NCBI GenBank assembly: GCA_003518105.1
Contig: DOZH01000008.1
Coordinates: forward strand, 122,128-186,127
Direction of reading: 5' to 3'
Length of the DNA stretch: 64,000 nucleotides
Origin: Candidatus Uhrbacteria bacterium
GTDB lineage: Bacteria; Patescibacteriota; Patescibacteriia; UBA9934
Positions 57,941-64,000 of this stretch are shown here, one piece after another (position 1 is the first letter of the stretch; each line of letters starts with the position of its first letter). A model generated the notes under the pieces. It worked only from the letters and a program-made list of their open reading frames with translations. It was not told where the DNA came from and did no database searches. Position numbers and translations under genes: made by a program.

Positions 57941-57976
57941 TCGCTCCGCATCGATGAGATGCTAGAGCGATTTTTT
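57941..57976 (+). terminator. Terminator/attenuator-like hairpin after the regulator
   Basis: TCGCTC-CGCATC...GATGC-TA-GAGCGA followed by T6. Confidence 0.65.
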
Positions 57977-58080
57977 AATTTAAATATCATCGCCGGCTTC
58001 ATTTGTGCTTGATGAAGTATCGAGCTCAAGCAGGAACCGGAGAGATCATTCTCTGATTCTATTCACCTCAGGAGGTTCTC

Positions 58081-58722
58081 GTGGAAAAGATCATGCCCTA
58101 CCGTTCGCTTGTTCATGTACTTATTCTCGAGTGCGGAGAGCCTCTCGTCGTTTGCAATGAGGCGCGCGAGATTCTCTGGCAGTACGAGAAGGATGACATG
58201 AAGCCGTATCTTGGAGATCTAATGCTACTTCGTAAAGGAGCCCTGCAACGTCTTCGCAAGGCAGCTCGTCTCCTTAAAAAACTGCATCCAGAAGCACGAC
58301 TCTCCGTCGCCTACGCATACCGCCTTCGCCTCATTCAGGAACGATACTTCTGGAATCAGTTCAAGAAGTTTCGTGAGCAGTATTTGAATGAGTCCGAACT
58401 CGAGATTCGTGAACGTGCGCATATGTTCTGTGCGTCACCTGACGTCGCGGGACATCCGACGGGTGGTGCAGTTGACGTCACCATCTCCGGATTCGACATG
58501 GGATCCGCCATTGCAGATTTCAACAGCCCTTTGATTCGAACGTTCCATCCGGATTTGACGGCTGAACAGCGCGCGAATCGAGAACTGCTTCGTTGGATCA
58601 TGATGAAGGTTGGATTTGCTCCGTTCGATGGCGAATGGTGGCACTTCTCGTTCGGTGACCGTGAATGGGCTGCATACTATGGGAAACCGTGCGCGATCTA
58701 CAGTCAGATCGACTATCACTAA
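58081..58722 (+). CDS. D-Ala-D-Ala dipeptidase (VanX/DdpX, M15D)
   Basis: YAYR, HPTGGAVDV, DMG and EWWHF motifs; AGGAGG SD before GTG. Confidence 0.88.
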   Translation: MEKIMPYRSLVHVLILECGEPLVVCNEAREILWQYEKDDMKPYLGDLMLLRKGALQRLRKAARLLKKLHPEARLSVAYAYRLRLIQERYFWNQFKKFREQYLNESELEIRERAHMFCASPDVAGHPTGGAVDVTISGFDMGSAIADFNSPLIRTFHPDLTAEQRANRELLRWIMMKVGFAPFDGEWWHFSFGDREWAAYYGKPCAIYSQIDYH

Positions 58723-58741
58723 ACACGTACGTCCTCACTCT

Positions 58742-58778
58742 GCCGCATCTCTTCCCTCTTTGGGAATTGAGATGCGGC
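58742..58778 (+). other. Intergenic hairpin
   Basis: GCCGCATCTC...GAGATGCGGC perfect 10-bp stem with an inner TTCCC/GGGAA stem. Confidence 0.6.
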
Positions 58779-58803
58779 GCCCCTTATTCATGCTTCAAAC
58801 TTT

Positions 58804-59436
58804 ATGAACTTCTCCATCCCAAAATATCTCGCATTAGACATTGATAACACGCTTATTTTTGGCGCTGAGGCCGATGTATTTTACGGACGATACAAACGTG
58901 CATTAGAGACAGCATTTGCTCAAGAAATGAAGATTTCCATTGAACAAGCGCAAACGTGTCTCAACGCTTATCGAACAGCGTATGACGGACAAGGCGAGTT
59001 GGCGTTCGAAACATTTGGTATCTCTCAAACATGTGTTTACGATGCCTTTTGTACAGTGAATCCTGCTGGTACTTTGCCCATGATGAAGACGACGATTGCA
59101 ACAATAACTCGTCTCCTAAAATACACAAAACTCATAGCGATCACAGATGGACCCGTAGAACAGATTGATCGTATATTTACTGCGACAGGAATTCGACGAG
59201 AATGGTTTACAGAAATTATTGGCTGGGAGCGTGGAAAGGGGAAACCAAAGAACGGGTCATCGCGTATTTATGCAGACGTCATTGCGCGATACGGCATAGC
59301 ACCAGAAGAATTCATGATGGTTGGCGATGTTTATTCCATTGACGTTGAACCAGCGAGACAGATTGGAGCGAGGTCTGTGCATATTGGAAATTCGCCTGAA
59401 TCAATTGCAGACATTTCACTTCTTTCATTCACTTAA
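58804..59436 (+). CDS. HAD-superfamily hydrolase (nucleotidase-like)
   Basis: DIDNTL, ITDG, KP and MVGD..D motifs. Confidence 0.88.
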   Translation: MNFSIPKYLALDIDNTLIFGAEADVFYGRYKRALETAFAQEMKISIEQAQTCLNAYRTAYDGQGELAFETFGISQTCVYDAFCTVNPAGTLPMMKTTIATITRLLKYTKLIAITDGPVEQIDRIFTATGIRREWFTEIIGWERGKGKPKNGSSRIYADVIARYGIAPEEFMMVGDVYSIDVEPARQIGARSVHIGNSPESIADISLLSFT

Positions 59437-59445
59437 AACTTATTT

Positions 59446-60393
59446 ATGATCAACAAACCAACATCAGTGTGGATTGATACAGATCCGGGAAATGACGACA
59501 TGATGGCAATTCTGCTTCTTGCGCAAAATTCTTTAGTGAATATCCTTGGAGTATCGACAGTATTTGGCAATACGTCACTTCCAAAAGTAACAAGAAATGC
59601 TAAGTTTATTTTGGATTTGGCAAAACGAAATGACATTCCTCTTTTTGCAGGAGCAGAACAGCCATTGATTCGCGATCAGATTTGTGCGGACATTCATGGC
59701 GAAAGTGGGCTTGATGGCGTGACGCTAGTTGAAGAAGACTTAATGGTCGCTGATAAAGCGCAAGAGGCAATCATAAAAGCTCTTGAAGACGCGGAAGAAC
59801 CCATCACCATTCTGGCGCTTGGTCCGCTGACGAATATCGCGAAACTCTTTACTACTCGTCCTGATCTCATCAGCCGTGTTCAACGACTCGTCATAATGGG
59901 TGGAGCAATTACAGTTCCTGGAAACAAGAATCGTGTTGCGGAGTTTAATGTATTTTGTGATCCGGAAGCCGCGGAGAGCGTTTTTAATACTATCATTCCG
60001 AAGACGCTCATTCCGCTCGACCCCTGTACTAGCGTCGTCCTCACCGACCGAGACATTGCGTCACTTCCTAACAGAACTGTCGGCACGACGCTCAAACGTA
60101 TACTCAAGCCCTACATTGAAAACATTTGCATCTTTGAAGGCGTTCAGGGCGCCTTAATGTACGACCCCATCGCCGCTTATTACCTTCTCAATCCCGCCGC
60201 CTTCACTACAGTTCCCATGGACGTTCGCGTTGAAACCTCATCCAAAGGACTCACTTACGGTATGACCGTCGCCGAACGCCGTATCATTGCAGAACGTGTT
60301 TTCAATATGGATGTCGTCACAGAAGTGGATGCGAAACAGTTTATTTCAGCATTTCTTGCAGCTATAAAAGAAATGGATAAATGTGACGAGTAA
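59446..60393 (+). CDS. Inosine/uridine-preferring nucleoside hydrolase
   Basis: IDTDPGNDD, HGESGL, LGPLTNIA, MGG and AEFN..DPEAA motifs. Confidence 0.93.
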   Translation: MINKPTSVWIDTDPGNDDMMAILLLAQNSLVNILGVSTVFGNTSLPKVTRNAKFILDLAKRNDIPLFAGAEQPLIRDQICADIHGESGLDGVTLVEEDLMVADKAQEAIIKALEDAEEPITILALGPLTNIAKLFTTRPDLISRVQRLVIMGGAITVPGNKNRVAEFNVFCDPEAAESVFNTIIPKTLIPLDPCTSVVLTDRDIASLPNRTVGTTLKRILKPYIENICIFEGVQGALMYDPIAAYYLLNPAAFTTVPMDVRVETSSKGLTYGMTVAERRIIAERVFNMDVVTEVDAKQFISAFLAAIKEMDKCDE

Positions 60394-60586
60394 GCTTTTA
60401 CGAATGATGCGACGTGTATAGCGCCTCGTTCTCGCGAGTGAACTCGCTCCACTTCGACGCGATCCAAACTCTGCTAGATAATTCTTGAATAGTGTATGGC
60501 GGCACGCGTGTGGCGAGCGAGCTCGCCGCGCGAGGCCGCGATCCACGCCCGCAACGTGCTCCGCACGTTGGTCGACTTTGCCGACG

Positions 60587-60622
60587 AACCAACAAAAAAC
60601 CAGCCAGAGGCTGATTTTTTGT
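60587..60622. terminator. Terminator after tRNA-Gln
   Basis: AAAAAACCAGCC-AGA-GGCTGATTTTTT. Confidence 0.7.
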
Positions 60623-60696
60623 TGGTTCCGGGACGTGGATTCGAACCACGGTACCCTCCTCCAGAGGGAGGTGTCCTGCCGCTAGACGATCCCGGA
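60623..60696 (-). tRNA. tRNA-Gln(CTG)
   Basis: TCCGGGATCGTCTAGCGGCAGGAC-ACCTCC-CTCTGGA-GGAGG...GGTTCGAATCC..TCCCGGAACCA. Confidence 0.96.
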
Positions 60697-60946
60697 AGAA
60701 TCATTAATAACGCTAGGAAGATACCATTTCAGCAGACTTGCGTCAATTTCCAGCACACATCCCCCCACCTGCCATCTTCTCGCGAAAAACCGACCATGCG
60801 TTAAAACAATTATTTCTACAAAACAAATCAAACCAGTAGCTATTATGAACCATATACTATATCAGCGCCTGTCCTTAGCTCTAATTCGACCTCAACTCCA
60901 TGGGCTTTTTTATTGCTAAAGTTAGCTCTATTTTCTACTTATCAAC

Positions 60947-60975
60947 TTGACAAAAGGCCATTTTTTTGCTATTGT
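60947..60975 (+). promoter_or_regulatory. sigma70 promoter
   Basis: TTGACA, 17-bp spacer, TG-C-TATTGT. Confidence 0.55.
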
Positions 60976-61038
60976 TAACAGCGAGTCGCTGCCTTTCGCA
61001 GCCAAGTCGATACACCACCCACCCTCCGGAGACGCCCC

Positions 61039-61194
61039 ATGTTGCAACAGTTCCTCACCGACAATCTCCACCTCGCCGGCTTTGGCGAGTGCCTCCTCGA
61101 GCTCGCCCTTGGCGTGCCCCTCGTCTACCTCGTCCTGGCCAAGCCCGTGGCGTTTTTCTCCCCCAGGGAGAAAGACTACACCAACCTCGAGTGA
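61039..61194 (+). CDS. Unannotated 51-aa membrane peptide
   Basis: MLQQFLTDNLHLAGFGECLLELALGVPLVYLVLAKPVAFFSPREKDYTNLE; GGAG SD, upstream promoter, C-ending codons, downstream hairpin with T-run. Confidence 0.55.
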   Translation: MLQQFLTDNLHLAGFGECLLELALGVPLVYLVLAKPVAFFSPREKDYTNLE

Positions 61195-61374
61195 CCCCCC
61201 TTCCCGCCAGGCTAGCCTGGCCCCTCATCTCGTGCACCCGCACAGTAGCCCACGCGATGCCCCTCTGGCGTCGACAGAAGCTACTCGTGTCGGGTGCTTC
61301 TGTTTTTACGGGATTACCGGTGAGGGTCGGCCCAAAACTTGCCTTTTTAATTAGTTCGGGTATTGTAAACAAAT

Positions 61375-61833
61375 ATGGACCATAATACTTTTGCAGTTCA
61401 AGACGGCAGCACGGCCAAGATCGCCATCGTCAAAGCCCGCTTTAACCAGGAAATTACCCAAGGATTATTACGTGGAGCCTTGGAAGTTTTAGAAGCCTCC
61501 GGGGTGCGTGAGGACCGAATTAAAACCGTGGAAGTACCCGGCTCATTCGAAATCATTCACGCCGCCAACATGCTGGCCAAAGAGAATGAATACGACGCCA
61601 TTATTTGCCTGGGCTGCATTGTCCGCGGCTCCACCAAGCATGACGAGTACTTAGCCCAGGCCGTTTACGGTGCCATGAAGGACATCATGTTAAAACACAG
61701 TCTGCCCGTCATTACCGCCGTCCTGACCGTGAACGATCAACAGCAAGCCATTGACCGCTCAGGTGTCGGCCCGATGAACCGCGGTGCCGAGGCTGCCCAC
61801 GTCGCTTTAGAAATGATTAACCTACCACTATGA
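61375..61833 (+). CDS. ribH: 6,7-dimethyl-8-ribityllumazine synthase
   Basis: ARFN, VPGSFEI, LGCIVRGST.H and QA.DR motifs. Confidence 0.95.
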   Translation: MDHNTFAVQDGSTAKIAIVKARFNQEITQGLLRGALEVLEASGVREDRIKTVEVPGSFEIIHAANMLAKENEYDAIICLGCIVRGSTKHDEYLAQAVYGAMKDIMLKHSLPVITAVLTVNDQQQAIDRSGVGPMNRGAEAAHVALEMINLPL

Positions 61834-62183
61834 TAGTCCGCGGAACCGTCGTCTCTGGCCTAGGTATTGCTGGCGCGCTCTTTGGCGTCCCAACGGCTAA
61901 TCTAAAACTCGAGGAACCCATGGACTTGCCACCCGGCGTTTACTTAGGACGTACCAGCTTTGGTGGCACAGCTTACCCTAGCGTAATCTGTTACGGTGCT
62001 GACGGCGGCGACAAGTTCGAGGTCCATTTATTAAATGCCAAGCTAGATCTTTTGCACGAGACTTTAAGCGTGGAAGTGGGCGACAAGGTAAACGACTTGG
62101 TGAATGAGCCCAACCAGCGATTGTTATACGCTAAAGTTTTAGCCGACGTGGAGAAGGCTAAGACGATGCTCGGGATTCGCTAG
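61830..62183 (+). CDS. Stand-alone riboflavin kinase
   Basis: G.VV.G, G.PTANL, GVY and EVHLL motifs; no FAD synthetase domain. Confidence 0.8.
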   Translation: MIVRGTVVSGLGIAGALFGVPTANLKLEEPMDLPPGVYLGRTSFGGTAYPSVICYGADGGDKFEVHLLNAKLDLLHETLSVEVGDKVNDLVNEPNQRLLYAKVLADVEKAKTMLGIR

Positions 62184-63740
62184 TTATTCAACAACATTTC
62201 CACCAAAAGCGTCCGTGAACATCGCCACCGTTTCCTCTTCCTTATCTGGCACCGGTACGACTTCCGTTACAATCATCGGGCGTTGCATCATTACGCTAGC
62301 AATCGCGTCCTCGAGCAAACGTAAGTTCTTGCCATCTTTCAAGGCGTCGGCGTGAAAAGCGTAGGGGAAGGTGATTGTCAGCTTGGCGCCGTTGATGGCA
62401 CTTGGTTTGCCGGTGCGGAGGCCCATTGGTAGCGCAATGTTACGATCTGCCACATAGTCGCAGCAACGCTCCCATTTGTCCTGAATCTCGGCGAGGGTAA
62501 AAGTTATTAGTGCGGCGCCGTCGATATTATCGGCGGCGTTTGAAGTTGGTGGTGGGACGTCGGCGATGACGATCTTGGCCACGGCTGCTGGGCGAGGAGT
62601 GACGAGGCTGGCGACGTTGCCAGTGGCGGCTCTTGGCATGATCGGTGGAGCGACTGGCGCCGGCGATGGCGCGGGTGGAACATTCGAGGTGCTAGCAAGG
62701 CCGGAACCGAGCACGAACTCGACAATCGCCAATTCAAGCGGCAACTGTGGTAAAGTCGATAATGAGTGACGACCACGAGCGGTGAGCAGTAAGTCGAGCA
62801 AACACCGAGCTCCAGCCGCTTCGAACACTGCCTTACTACCAGCCATCGAGCTCAGCAGATCCTCGCGGATAGCTTCTATTAGCTCATCGGTTAAGTGTTT
62901 GACCGAGCCGCCGTCGGTGACAAATGAGCTGATTTTGGTGAGCGCCGCCTGCACGTCCTGTTTGGCGATGAAATCGATGAGTTCACTTACGAGAGCGATC
63001 GTCGTAACTGGTAAAATCATGGAGGCAAGAGCGACTGTGATGTGCTTATCGTTGAGGGACAACACCTGCCCGAGCAAACTCTCCGCGTCGCGCAAACAAC
63101 CTTCCGAAATTTTCGCAATCACGCGCAACACTTCTTCGTCCACCTCAATGCCCTCTTTTTTAGTTATCGCTAACAAACGGACAATCATCTCCGGCGCCGC
63201 GATTTTATGAAAGTCAAAGTGCTGACAACGGCTAATAATCGTGGCAGGAATTTTGTGCAGTTCCGTGGTGGCGAGAATGAAAATGACGTGAGCTGGCGGC
63301 TCTTCAAGCGTCTTCAACAGAGCGTTAAAGGCGGACGTGGAAAGCATGTGAACTTCGTCGATAATAAAAACCTTATACTTTCCTTGTTGCGGCACAAAGC
63401 GCACGTTCTCAATGACGTTCTCGCGGACGTTGTCCACGCCGGTGTTGCTGGCCGCGTCGATCTCCACCGTGTCGAGAAAGCGCCCTTCAGCAAAAGCCAA
63501 ACAGTGGTCGCAAGTACCGCAGGGTTCGCTCTCCCCTGCTTGACGTTTTAAGCAGTTAACAGCCTTGGCCAGCAAGCGGGCGATGGTGGTTTTACCAATG
63601 CCACGCGGACCAGAAAACAAGTAGGCGTGAGCCAACGTGCCACTGGCTATTTGGTTTTGGATAGTCTTAACAACGTGTTCCTGCTCAGCAACGTCAGCAA
63701 ACTTGGCCGGACGATATTTGCGGTAAAGTGTCTCGCTCAT
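62184..63740 (-). CDS. dnaX: DNA polymerase III subunit gamma/tau
   Basis: LYRKYRP, GPRGIGKTT, IIDEVHML, LLKTLEEPP and SRC motifs. Confidence 0.97.
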   Translation of the reverse strand: MSETLYRKYRPAKFADVAEQEHVVKTIQNQIASGTLAHAYLFSGPRGIGKTTIARLLAKAVNCLKRQAGESEPCGTCDHCLAFAEGRFLDTVEIDAASNTGVDNVRENVIENVRFVPQQGKYKVFIIDEVHMLSTSAFNALLKTLEEPPAHVIFILATTELHKIPATIISRCQHFDFHKIAAPEMIVRLLAITKKEGIEVDEEVLRVIAKISEGCLRDAESLLGQVLSLNDKHITVALASMILPVTTIALVSELIDFIAKQDVQAALTKISSFVTDGGSVKHLTDELIEAIREDLLSSMAGSKAVFEAAGARCLLDLLLTARGRHSLSTLPQLPLELAIVEFVLGSGLASTSNVPPAPSPAPVAPPIMPRAATGNVASLVTPRPAAVAKIVIADVPPPTSNAADNIDGAALITFTLAEIQDKWERCCDYVADRNIALPMGLRTGKPSAINGAKLTITFPYAFHADALKDGKNLRLLEDAIASVMMQRPMIVTEVVPVPDKEEETVAMFTDAFGGNVVE

Positions 63741-63767
63741 AGACCCCTATCCTACTGCAAAAGGGGG

Positions 63768-64000
63768 CTACAGGCCAGTGGGTGGAATGGGGACAACTGG
63801 CTGCACCTGTTTTGGCACGCCGACGCCGGAACGGAGGGCAATTTCGCGTTCAACAATCTTCTTATCACGGCCGTACAGTAAGCGAGAAATTTCGCGCAAG
63901 GCTTGGCCGACTTTTGGCTTACCCTCTTGCTTGTTGTCGACGCGGAGAGTGAACGGCTTGCCTTGGGCGTTGTCGATGATGATTTTACAGTTCCAGGTTA
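63768..64000 (-). CDS. C-terminus of a TraD/VirD4-like (coupling protein-type) ATPase, partial
   Basis: Manual translation ...CKIIIDNAQGKPFTL...LREISRLLYGRDKKIVEREI...GL*, resembling the conserved tail of CPR coupling-protein-like ATPases. Confidence 0.6.
   Translation of the reverse strand, partial: TWNCKIIIDNAQGKPFTLRVDNKQEGKPKVGQALREISRLLYGRDKKIVEREIALRSGVGVPKQVQPVVPIPPTGL

Noticed and set aside
61200-61374. FMN riboswitch upstream of ribH
   Set aside because: The conserved RFN sequence blocks are not recognisable; the hairpin fits a terminator of the upstream small ORF.
62184-63740. Programmed -1 frameshift in dnaX
   Set aside because: No A-AAA-AAG-type slippery site with a downstream hairpin was noticed at the expected position.
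1-64000. CRISPR array or cas operon
   Set aside because: No regularly spaced repeat-spacer series was seen. The Cas4-like motifs in DUF2779 do not come with other cas genes.

Overview
64 kb of bacterial chromosome, most likely from a CPR/Patescibacteria (Parcubacteria/ABY1-like) genome. This is an inference from the short AlaS, the RpoA lacking its alpha-CTD, AT-rich leaders without Shine-Dalgarno sites on core genes, a TraD/VirD4-like ATPase tail and CPR-type surface repeat proteins. The core backbone carries clpB (with a CIRCE operator), ppa, priA, def, fmt, a cell-envelope glycosylation cluster, the infA-rpmJ-rpsMKD-rpoA-rplQ-rplM-rpsI block, alaS, murJ, era, dusB, rimK-like, ribH, dnaX, tRNA-Arg(CCG) and tRNA-Gln(CTG). 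Two accessory islands interrupt it. The first is a defence-type island at about 11.4-25.7 kb: DUF2779, XRE-Panacea/RelE TA pair, RhuM x2, DUF3800, type III R-M, HNH-like, DUF4268, MazG-like, DinD. The second is a metabolic island at about 55.1-60.6 kb between the rimK 3' end and tRNA-Gln: AsnB fusion, TrpR/YerC regulator, VanX, HAD, nucleoside hydrolase. Best leads: (1) an unannotated ~70-nt multi-stem RNA with its own promoter, convergent on the DUF3800 RNase-H-like gene; (2) three adjacent ORFans sharing motifs and a MinD-like C-terminal amphipathic tail; (3) an AsnB fused to an unexplained Rossmann-like domain and bracketed by a synonymously recoded duplicate of the rimK 3' end; (4) a ~180-nt rod-like palindromic element (6S-like RNA or MITE). 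All family calls come from motif recognition by eye; no searches were run.
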